A program made the position numbers and the translations under genes. The notes beneath the pieces are model-generated. The model worked only from the letters and a program-made list of their open reading frames with translations, had not been told where the DNA came from and searched no databases. DNA of 64,000 bases from a virus. Of the stretch, positions 37,501 to 45,772 are shown piece after piece (the stretch's first letter is position 1; each line of letters starts with the position of its first letter). The DNA is taken from the IMG/VR virus record IMGVR_UViG_3300035199_001057, positions 1-64,000 of that record; one strand, given 5' to 3'.

Positions 37501-40500
37501 CGGGGAGCGAAATTGAGACACCATGTCCCGAAATGCAGAAACGGGAATTTTGCCCGTCATACCCCAGTCCAAAAATGGGAATTCCTGTATCAGGTCCAAT
37601 TTCTCGGCCACCGTGAAGCTATCATCAAAATTGTACCTAAATAAACGCCACAGCACGGATTTATGGCGATATTTCTTTCGCCGGTCGTAATTGTCTATGC
37701 GGTGGTCATTGGCCTGATGGACTGTCAGACCCGCGCTCTCGGAATTCACCATCGTGCCGGCGGCGTGGCCAATGGCAACGGCTATTCCAGGGTTTCTTAG
37801 GGCCGGCATAATCTGTGGGAAGAGCATTATCAACTTGGTATCAAAAAGAAAAAAGGCTAAGGTGGCTTGATCTATGACCAGCTGCGCCTCCCATAGGGCG
37901 AACATCAGCTGCATATTCTTTATCATGTCCTCGCTTCCTGAAAGCTTCTCGTAAAAGCGACTATTGTAATCTATTTCCACAAATTGTTCAGCGACGAAGC
38001 CAGAGTTTACCCCATCTAAAACTTCTAATAAATTATTGGTGCTGGTGAGGGCGGGAGCCGCGGCATTAAAATCTAGATTCGTTATTGGGGTGGTATGAGA
38101 ATATTGAAAAGTAAATTGCCCAGTTGGTATTGCGTCCAGGCCGACACCGGGGGACTGAGGGGCTTTAAATTTAATGGGTACCCACAAGACGTCTTCGCCC
38201 TGGTGGGCGCCGTCCAGAGTATCTATGTAGCGGTTAAGCTCAAAGTTGGTAAGTACGCGTACCTGATCCGCGTAATCAACTGCGTTGGCGCCCTCTAGCT
38301 GCCCCAGGTACTTGTCGGCCGTGGCCACACCTTCTCCAACTTTCACCTGTTGGATCAATTTAGGACTAAAATACCCCTCTAGTTCTTGAAGCTCGTGCGG
38401 CAGTGCGCTAAATAAAACCTTTTTGACAAAACTGACTTGGTCACTTACAATAATATTGAAGGCTTCGCTGCCTGTCATAGTCTCATCTTGGTATAAAATT
38501 CTCATCATTCCAGTGATAAATTCTTCTATCACCTCGGTATAAAACGTCTCAAAAGATCCCCCTCCCATCACAGCAAATTGCTTTTTAAGCGCTCTTTCGA
38601 TCTCTTCATCCAGGAAAGCGCCGAAGAACGGCTGAGGGGGATTGTCCTCTATCCCTTCGGTGGGGGACCACTCGTAGGAGTATAAATCATCTAGCGACGC
38701 AAATCCAAAAACAAAAAGACTTTTCATCATTTCTTTTACCACAATTGCGCGGATCACGCAATCGAGGGCAATTTTAATATAGGCCACGTTGGTGGCGCTT
38801 TTGGTGACCGACATCGGCGAATAACAGTTCAAAGTCTCCGTCAGCTTTTGAACTTGGGAATTGAGGACGCGCTTATTGAAAAACCCTAAGAAGCACTCCC
38901 CTGTTTGGGACGCGCCCGTGGGCAAATGTTTTGTCAGACGGAGTTTGTCAAACATGTCAGCGACGCCTCCCGTTGTGCCCCCCATCTGCTCTTTACCGGC
39001 GCTGCCCCCATCTAGATATAAACCGTTTCGACCGGTTGCCTGGAGAAGGCCTCCGAACATCTCGTTTAAAGCAAGAAGAAAAAGGTCGTTTTCTATGAGG
39101 AAACTTTCCATTGCGGTCTGAAGTGCTTCGTTTTGATAGAACTTCATTCCATTATACTTCGCATATTTTTCCATTACCTTGGGGATAACCGGTGGTTTTT
39201 CGGCTGCGTAAGCATATAAAGTTGGATCGGTTACAATGTCCATCGTGATGGCGTTTTCATCGGTGGATTTGACAGTTAAAAGAATGTTCGCGGTCTGGCC
39301 CGCAGGTGCCCACAGTTCCATCTCATCTTTGGCCTCGACGGTCGCGGCTTCTGTCTCCGCGGCATTGGTCGCGGCTTCCGCTTGTGTTGGCGCTTTTGTT
39401 TGAAGCTTCGCGCATCTCACATTAAGGACGGCCGTGGACTGGGCGAAGCGGCGCATGTAGTGGATAAAGTCCCAAGCCTTGTCCTTCGCCTTCTTCTTTG
39501 AGTATTTCGGTTTCGTGCTGTAGATCAGGTTGCCGTCCTCATCCGTAGCCTCATGGGTCACCTTCATGTCTCCATAAAGAGTGGCCAAATTATCCCTTAC
39601 CTCGTCTTCAAACCCTGTAACTGCCGCTTTAAGCGCTTCAAACTCAAGAAGTGACATATCCGGGCAGTCGCTCACATGAGTGGTCCAGCTATCCGGTTTT
39701 CCGGCTTCGTACCAGTCAAAGCATGTTTTATCCGTATATGCGCTGCTTGGCGTCCATGGGGTTTTAGCCTTGAGAGCATAATATTGTATTAGTTTTTGGA
39801 AGCGGGGATCGGCCATTACTCCGCTTTCCTCGTTTTCAAGAGCTTTTATCTCGTTATAAAATTTAGTGTTAGCATTTAGTGCATCTTCCCACTTTATATA
39901 TTCCTGCGCTAGTTTTTCAAGATCATCATATTCTTCCGCGGTCATATCAGGGCAGGCTGCGTTACCGCCGGAGCCTTTGCCCGCCTTGATCCAGTAAACG
40001 CAATCGTCCGCGTCAAGTTTTTGGATTTGTGTGTGAGCCTCAAAGCTTCCCTCTGGTGGTTCTGTTTCATCCGGCGTCACAAAGGTATACCCTTGTATCA
40101 AGTCTAGCCAGGTAGGAGCCAGCATTGCGCTGCCAGACAAGATGAGGCCGGCCATTCCGGGCGGTAGCACTGGGCCTGGAATTGTCATTAGCTGGCCTGA
40201 ATAGAGAAATGTAAGCTTTTTCTTGATCCTGGGGATAAAGTAATCTTCGTAGCCGGCAATAATTTCATCTGGGTCAAAATAAAAGGAGATCATGTCATCG
40301 CCAAGCTTGGTGAAATATGAGTTGTCGGTGGTTTCTCCCGCGGATTCAACTGCCTGCGCGATGGCTTCCATAACCTCAACTGCAGCGTACCCCGAGTCTG
40401 TTTGTTTGGCACGTTTTTTAACCTCATCCCAGGCGTCGATTGGAACACCATCCTCGTCTTTGTCTTTCCCGTAGGTGGCCGCGGAGATTGGTGGAAAAAG

Positions 40501-43500
40501 CGGTAAGAAGGATCCGTCTGCGGTTGGTCTCACCGCATTGTATGTGTTCCGATAAATTGTTTTTACGCGGCCGACTTCTGTTTCAAATATATCCTCCACT
40601 CCACCAAAAATAGCATTGGCTGCCTGCTCGCTCGCAAATCTTTGAGATTCATGGTAAGGGTCGATTTTGGTTCCGCTCGGCTTTTCGCCCGGACCGCAAA
40701 GCTGCGCCGGCGTCATCGGGCCGCCAAGAACATCGCCCACGCTATCGAGTGCCTTAGCTAAGAGACTCTTGCGGTTGGCCGCGGCGGCGGCCATGGCATT
40801 ACGCAATTCTTCGGGGGACATAAAGTCCGAAAGCTCAAGCGCTTTGATATCCTCGTTCGTTCCACCGCAAATATTCAAAAGAATTCTCTTTTGGCGCTCA
40901 AAATTATTTCGGGCGGCGACAAAAAACTCAGGATCGATATCAGCTGCGATGATTCTTAAAAACTCGCGGATGCCATTTTGATTTACGTAAAAATCATAAA
41001 ACTGGGTATTGTGAAGATAGGGAAGCGATTGGAGAAAGAGTAGAAAGATTTCATATAACTCGTCCGGTGCGGTTTCCTCCATGAGAGAGCACATTTGATT
41101 AATAGTAAACGCGCTAGAGATATCTCCTAGAAGCTTCTCGTAGTCTTCCAGGGAAAGCCCAGTCCTACTCGATACAGTAGCAAAACTGTTGCTCTCGCGT
41201 ATGGTCGCTTCAGCTTGACTGTCAATGATAAACGCGCTTAAATCAATTTGGCCCAGTGGGGAATACGGAGCATTAGTCTTTTCGGAATCACTACAAAGCC
41301 TCATTAAGGCTTTTATAATAAGCCAAATTGCTGAGATGATTAGATCACGGGCTAGATTGATGCCCATTTGGATAAGCGCTTCTTTGAACGCTTTCATAAT
41401 ATCCGCTACAGGGTATTCGGTGGTTAAAAAGATTTCAACGCGTTTTTCGAAGGCTTGCGCGATGGCCTGAGTGTCTTTCTGAAGCGCTTTTTCAACTTCG
41501 TCGGCGTGGGTAAACAGATAATAAAGTGCGTAGATTGCAGCGGGGATGATCGCGAAGACTGCCGCGCAGATCAGCAACCCGTCGTTGGGGTCGTTGAAAA
41601 GATCATCTAGCTCCTTCTCGGCCGCCGTGATTGAGCGTGCTTTAAAGCCGTCGGTGACGTGATTTGTCTCCAGTTCGTCGATACGAAGCAATATCGCTTC
41701 TAATATCGGTAACATATTGTTTTTAAACTGTTTTCGCTTCTGGGCGATAGGAGTGTCGCTAAGGGAATACACATATTCGATGCCCAGGCCCGGTTCAGCT
41801 TTCGACATCGGCGCTTTGAGCTTGGCCTGCAGCTTCGCGGCTGCGGCGCCGCCAAGGGCGCCGGGCAGGATTGCGGAACCAAGACCCGGAGCTAGGCTCT
41901 CGTGGATACTCTTAAGGGCCGCATCGGTGGCTCCGCCGGTGAGGCCAAAGTCTGGATCCAGATCAACAAAATTATACGGCCACGCATCTTGGAGTTGTAT
42001 TTGGATAAAAGGATCCAAAGCTACAAGATTTTTAATGAGGCCGTTTTTTGGGTCTAATAGATATTCATAAAGTTCAATCTGCGTGCTTAGCGCGTCTTGC
42101 GTTTTGGTCAACGATTTAAGCTTCTCCTTGATCTCTTTCATCTCGCACAGCAAGCCCGTGCACTTGCCGTCGGTGATGCTGCCCCTTAATTTTCTATCGC
42201 TCTGCGGGAATTTATCCTTTCCAAACAACTTCTCTCGTTCTTCTAGCTCGTCAAGGAGACCTTTGATTACCGCTTTTCGCTTTTCATGGGTGTTGATCTG
42301 GGTGTTTATATTGGCTTTAAGGAGCGCACCCGACTCGTCCTGGTCATTTGCGGCCGCCTGGCGCTTTTTTAGCGCTAACTGTTCATTCATCTCCGAAATG
42401 AAGGTTTTCATTTTGTTTTTTTTGCGCCACGTATCAAGCTTGGGGACATCTGACATCATTTTGGAAAACGCTTTGAGACCGTTAGTTATTTGATCCTGAA
42501 GTGCTCCTTGGACTGTATCATCAATAGTCTCAAATATTAGTTCTAACCTAAGCGCGACGCGTTCTCCGGCTGGACCCGATGATGCCACAGCAGAGATAAT
42601 ATCGGCTTGATATTCTCGATACTTAATAATAGCCTTTCTACAAAACTGCTTTTTTAACTCATCAAGGCCAAGCGCTTTTATCAAACACTGCGCAGCCACT
42701 CGCACCAACTCTGGTACAGGTACGTGATTTAATAGGGACTTGAAAAAATCGTCTGTGTTGTTGATTTTCTCAAACTTTCCTTGGACGAACGCTGATCCCA
42801 TTTGGTCGCCGATGTGTTCGTAGGCCTTTGCGACTTCCGATTGCGCGTTTTGACGAGCAGTTTCCTTAATCATTGCGCGCGATGGCCTGGACTGCTTATA
42901 AAAGTTCTCGTCTAGCATTCGAACGTCGCTAATAATGAAACTTTCGATGATATCGCGCGTTAACCCAAAATCAACGATGGTTGGGCCGGGCCACATGTAT
43001 TTTCGCAAGAAGCCTACAACGCCTTCTGTAACAGACTCCTTACCGGTGCCGCCTGTGGAGAATCGATTGCCGGGGGGCAACAGCCCATACTTCGAATGAA
43101 TTTCTTTTAAGTATGCGAACAAAGAATTAGTAGTTTGGTTAGCGAAGATGGGGTCATGTTTGAGTGACTTTTCGCGATTAATCTGTTCTAGCTCGGCGGT
43201 TGTAGGACTTACAATATACTTCTCGAATTTATTTTTCAAGTTAAAAGGTTCAAAACCCTTGATGGGGGAGCGAGGATGGCGGTCAATCTGTGTCTTCCAG
43301 GTCTTCGTTTTAAAATCCATAAGTTCAAATTGAGAATTAAATCTCATAGTCATTGTCGCCGACGCGTAGCCATCGGGATCATGGGTCTTTGACACGGCGT
43401 AGTTGCCCTGGGCCTCCTCAAATACAGGGAGTATGTCTATTTTGGCCTTCTTCAACAATTGTACCTGTAGCAGCAAGTCCATCGGTCGTTCGAAAGTCAG

Positions 43501-44253
43501 TTGATAGGCTTTAATGGCGTTATCGAGTTCTCCCAGTACCTGAATTGTCGTATCTATGTACGCTTCGAAATCAGGGCGCGTGTAGATAGCCTCATAATAA
43601 TCTACTACCCCTTTCGGTGACTTTGGTACCTTAACCGGCTTTTTCGTAGACTTGCTTGCCTTGCCCGGGCCTGGTTTTCCAAAGGTGATGTCGGATTGTA
43701 ACGTAGCGCTCGGTTTTGTATCTAGGCCGGCGTTGGCGTGTGTGTCGCCGGTATCTTTGGGAGGCGGGGGTTGGTTCAATGCCGCTTCACCTGCGGTGTG
43801 TTCTACTATCAAGGCGGGCACCCGGGACTGTATAAAAGCCGCCGCGTTGATATAAACATGGTATCGGATCTCGGTGGTCGACTTCTTTTGACTTTCGGCT
43901 ATGTCGATTCGCGGATAAACGTTAATGGTACCATCAAAGTTTGTGTATTGGTAGGTGCCACCAAGAAAGTTTGAGATGCTGTTGGTATTGGGCACGAGCC
44001 CTTGTTGTTGAAGAGCCTTGATGACATCTTCTCTGATGGCTGCGTTAATGGATGCTGTGGTCCCGGAAATCTTCGCGGTACCAAAGATCTCAAAGGGTAC
44101 CGGTTTGGTGATCGTGTCCGTTTTCTCTAGCACGGAGAGTTCGCGCCACACCTGATTATAAAAAGGATAATTCTTGGCGAGGGACGCGGCTATAAAATCT
44201 TGGAATTTGGGCGCGTGCTTGTGTTTATATAGTTTAATTGGGGGTAGTGCCAT
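34579..44253 (-). CDS. Giant hypothetical baseplate-region protein (3224 aa) with coiled coils and hydrophobic helices
   Basis: Uninterrupted 9.7-kb ORF between the spike and gp25 genes; hydrophobic LLICAAVFAIIPAAIYALYYLF segment; no recognised catalytic motif. Confidence 0.6.
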   Translation of the reverse strand: MALPPIKLYKHKHAPKFQDFIAASLAKNYPFYNQVWRELSVLEKTDTITKPVPFEIFGTAKISGTTASINAAIREDVIKALQQQGLVPNTNSISNFLGGTYQYTNFDGTINVYPRIDIAESQKKSTTEIRYHVYINAAAFIQSRVPALIVEHTAGEAALNQPPPPKDTGDTHANAGLDTKPSATLQSDITFGKPGPGKASKSTKKPVKVPKSPKGVVDYYEAIYTRPDFEAYIDTTIQVLGELDNAIKAYQLTFERPMDLLLQVQLLKKAKIDILPVFEEAQGNYAVSKTHDPDGYASATMTMRFNSQFELMDFKTKTWKTQIDRHPRSPIKGFEPFNLKNKFEKYIVSPTTAELEQINREKSLKHDPIFANQTTNSLFAYLKEIHSKYGLLPPGNRFSTGGTGKESVTEGVVGFLRKYMWPGPTIVDFGLTRDIIESFIISDVRMLDENFYKQSRPSRAMIKETARQNAQSEVAKAYEHIGDQMGSAFVQGKFEKINNTDDFFKSLLNHVPVPELVRVAAQCLIKALGLDELKKQFCRKAIIKYREYQADIISAVASSGPAGERVALRLELIFETIDDTVQGALQDQITNGLKAFSKMMSDVPKLDTWRKKNKMKTFISEMNEQLALKKRQAAANDQDESGALLKANINTQINTHEKRKAVIKGLLDELEEREKLFGKDKFPQSDRKLRGSITDGKCTGLLCEMKEIKEKLKSLTKTQDALSTQIELYEYLLDPKNGLIKNLVALDPFIQIQLQDAWPYNFVDLDPDFGLTGGATDAALKSIHESLAPGLGSAILPGALGGAAAAKLQAKLKAPMSKAEPGLGIEYVYSLSDTPIAQKRKQFKNNMLPILEAILLRIDELETNHVTDGFKARSITAAEKELDDLFNDPNDGLLICAAVFAIIPAAIYALYYLFTHADEVEKALQKDTQAIAQAFEKRVEIFLTTEYPVADIMKAFKEALIQMGINLARDLIISAIWLIIKALMRLCSDSEKTNAPYSPLGQIDLSAFIIDSQAEATIRESNSFATVSSRTGLSLEDYEKLLGDISSAFTINQMCSLMEETAPDELYEIFLLFLQSLPYLHNTQFYDFYVNQNGIREFLRIIAADIDPEFFVAARNNFERQKRILLNICGGTNEDIKALELSDFMSPEELRNAMAAAAANRKSLLAKALDSVGDVLGGPMTPAQLCGPGEKPSGTKIDPYHESQRFASEQAANAIFGGVEDIFETEVGRVKTIYRNTYNAVRPTADGSFLPLFPPISAATYGKDKDEDGVPIDAWDEVKKRAKQTDSGYAAVEVMEAIAQAVESAGETTDNSYFTKLGDDMISFYFDPDEIIAGYEDYFIPRIKKKLTFLYSGQLMTIPGPVLPPGMAGLILSGSAMLAPTWLDLIQGYTFVTPDETEPPEGSFEAHTQIQKLDADDCVYWIKAGKGSGGNAACPDMTAEEYDDLEKLAQEYIKWEDALNANTKFYNEIKALENEESGVMADPRFQKLIQYYALKAKTPWTPSSAYTDKTCFDWYEAGKPDSWTTHVSDCPDMSLLEFEALKAAVTGFEDEVRDNLATLYGDMKVTHEATDEDGNLIYSTKPKYSKKKAKDKAWDFIHYMRRFAQSTAVLNVRCAKLQTKAPTQAEAATNAAETEAATVEAKDEMELWAPAGQTANILLTVKSTDENAITMDIVTDPTLYAYAAEKPPVIPKVMEKYAKYNGMKFYQNEALQTAMESFLIENDLFLLALNEMFGGLLQATGRNGLYLDGGSAGKEQMGGTTGGVADMFDKLRLTKHLPTGASQTGECFLGFFNKRVLNSQVQKLTETLNCYSPMSVTKSATNVAYIKIALDCVIRAIVVKEMMKSLFVFGFASLDDLYSYEWSPTEGIEDNPPQPFFGAFLDEEIERALKKQFAVMGGGSFETFYTEVIEEFITGMMRILYQDETMTGSEAFNIIVSDQVSFVKKVLFSALPHELQELEGYFSPKLIQQVKVGEGVATADKYLGQLEGANAVDYADQVRVLTNFELNRYIDTLDGAHQGEDVLWVPIKFKAPQSPGVGLDAIPTGQFTFQYSHTTPITNLDFNAAAPALTSTNNLLEVLDGVNSGFVAEQFVEIDYNSRFYEKLSGSEDMIKNMQLMFALWEAQLVIDQATLAFFLFDTKLIMLFPQIMPALRNPGIAVAIGHAAGTMVNSESAGLTVHQANDHRIDNYDRRKKYRHKSVLWRLFRYNFDDSFTVAEKLDLIQEFPFLDWGMTGKIPVSAFRDMVSQFRSPIDTIADLEPEWWQYEEHYHKDFNLSSDVFWKSWPRGETYLDSMGTAGGVNAMMTSILKWLPGGGTRNSDFWLTNNHGWYKNLSLEERTKLDARLAVTGNDEAITHKGKTFLGWFFTLPLDEILTLDFGARLVQYVSEVDRPGIQDAFDESLLGSDGISDIGNVPTASPGLVDTMLKEKIGKVDFFDDQGAESPHRYVRLPIYSSEFSAAPEWNSLTWFESMYKVHHRVTDLGTLAENRLYTFDDFFKPGVGVLGADVIKKEEYDALKNAYTEHSAVNSSWEWPALAYDVDEDAAGLHGLGLRGRAFRNTVKRWTTPVITQFNETSYIEAANTITKSEVFPAGATGQTHSLFTYRIRVGTYTPTDSEGKKGQPVAVWGTRANWLKDNASPYYWGAGGSPAFYNWGTDKKGFRGGFNRLWYDHFTNLIEKAQWHDSGDPFLFKLPGTNKKGGGFWFPGADYAMGSPFQTDEFVPGDHYNDATTKNYSGDHVNWQQSGMACFKNADEARASFDEAYRNTLAPTIFNLEVADKVIHGHTEGELPLATRILNDFRENGSPDLKLWIQQREEFIAREASNKSVIGTYKNKKVWTGTGRFPWNPNYDFAEPGFEVAESAESGGWRDTFILQMFLWQLQQVEKAKDLYKLGTKGDIQGTPEWVDITYAAFRSSMAGTATSAGALSGWYKFDDTGNDYVGTYGNSQKQGELLDMLGTDRPFPYEQNALVYADYAALVDVLFPPPPPPGVPEQEPKKDINTIMAKFANMAIPPHSYVGKTIESTPKTASDPHAPTQAAFRELMQSFFIREQGTMITLIHKLLAERYYPQLENNFNGTISMSAETLLTAIAVAQGDYQRTSSANAVNGPSGAPMGGFDFGSLGITILKAFLGALASTVDPTWKTPWPWNFGIGPLTPIGVAAKLLHGRTSNFSSAADTPIEEPIVCNDEVDEQGSFIKYGPLIDQAPSGDPATTETPPSDAPSE

Positions 44254-44269
44254 AAAATAATCTCAATTA

Positions 44270-45772
44270 TTAATTTGTTCTATTCTTTTCGCTAAGGATC
44301 GAATATGTGCCCCAATCCTGAAGGCCCATCATATCATTGTTGATTCTATTAAATACCTGGCTAATGGAGCTTTGTAGTTGTACCAGACCCTCCAACAATG
44401 ATTTGGTTCCGCCGGCTAAAACCTGATCGGAGGGCAGATTTTTACCCCCCATGACCCCAAGAGGTCCAGTGCCGCTCATCATCCCGCATAAAATCATAAA
44501 AGGATCATAATGCGTGTGAGCGGCAGTGGCAGCATTAAAGGCGGTCTGGCTAGTAATAAAACTGTGGGTAACAGATTGTAAGTCATCCACGGCCTTGGAT
44601 AGCTGGGCCAGGTACTTTTTCAAATTGTTGCCCTTGACTAGGGGCTGTAGGTCCTTGTCGTTGTTGCCCGCGATCAATTCAATTCCGAATTTGCCCATGA
44701 GCGGTGCGTCGCGCGAGTTTGTCATATTTGTCCCGGTGATTAAGCGAATTCCCGATTCGCGGGCCATGATTACCACGTCGTCGGCTTTCATTGCGGCCAA
44801 GGATTGGCCCTTCCTTTTACCCGCGCGCTTTGCGTATTCTCCGCCGGCAATGCCTAAAAGAGATTTTGAATTTGCTTTCTGGGAGAGATATAAATAGGCA
44901 GCATCTTGTTTTAAATTATTGGGCGTGCGCAAGGCGGTGGGCACTCCGGCCAGGCTTGGCTCTTGCGTCTCCAGGCGCCCCTTCGCAGCGTCCGGACCGC
45001 TACGGCCGGCGTATAGATAACAGGCGCCGGCTTGCGTGTGGCCTTTAAAACGGTATTGTTCGTCACGGCTTAGTTGTAATCCAGAATTATTTTGACCTTT
45101 AAGTTCTTTATCTCCCGGATATAAGAGACCGTCTGGTACCGTTTCTTTGAGCGCGGCACCATTAATGCCATCGTAAGCGGCCTGCATTGAAGAAGGAAGG
45201 CCGTCTATCATTTGGCGCTCCTGTGGGGCCAAGCGTTGGAGTTGTACCGGTTTGCGATTTCTACTGGTTTGTTTTCGCCCAGGTGTCGTCGATACCTGGA
45301 GGGCTGCGGGGGCATTTGGGTTCTGCGCTGGTTTTGACTTGGTTTTTTGTTCTTTTTCATAATCTGCTACGTCGAGCGCTAGTTGTGCATCAAGCTCCGC
45401 CTTGAGGTTCTTCATGGCTTCGATAGAGGCGTTTATCAACATTTGGCTTTCGGCATCAAGTGGTTCAAACTTATTAGCATAGTATTGATTCATTAATTCG
45501 GGTGCGTTAAGCAGCGCATAATTTTGATTCAACGTCCAGGTAATGAACTGTTCCTTGAAAAGCTTTTTCCCTGACGGGCCAGAGAAAAAACTAGGTATGA
45601 TCTTTTCGCCGCTTCCATAGACTTCGGACATAAGGTTGGTGAACTTGGTGCGGTCATCAGGAAGGGTAAAATAGCGTTTAGTCTCTTTGACATAATCGCG
45701 GTTCATGTTAAAAGTCAGTTGGATTTTTTTCTGTCCAACTCGGGTCGCATGGCATGTTAATATTAAACTCAT
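44270..45772 (-). CDS. Baseplate central spike (gp5 C-terminal / gpV-like)
   Basis: Beta-repeat region AYLYLSQK..MKADDVVIMARE.GIRLIT..GIELIAGN..QPLVKG; AHTH (HxH) motif near the C-terminus. Confidence 0.6.
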   Translation of the reverse strand: MSLILTCHATRVGQKKIQLTFNMNRDYVKETKRYFTLPDDRTKFTNLMSEVYGSGEKIIPSFFSGPSGKKLFKEQFITWTLNQNYALLNAPELMNQYYANKFEPLDAESQMLINASIEAMKNLKAELDAQLALDVADYEKEQKTKSKPAQNPNAPAALQVSTTPGRKQTSRNRKPVQLQRLAPQERQMIDGLPSSMQAAYDGINGAALKETVPDGLLYPGDKELKGQNNSGLQLSRDEQYRFKGHTQAGACYLYAGRSGPDAAKGRLETQEPSLAGVPTALRTPNNLKQDAAYLYLSQKANSKSLLGIAGGEYAKRAGKRKGQSLAAMKADDVVIMARESGIRLITGTNMTNSRDAPLMGKFGIELIAGNNDKDLQPLVKGNNLKKYLAQLSKAVDDLQSVTHSFITSQTAFNAATAAHTHYDPFMILCGMMSGTGPLGVMGGKNLPSDQVLAGGTKSLLEGLVQLQSSISQVFNRINNDMMGLQDWGTYSILSEKNRTN

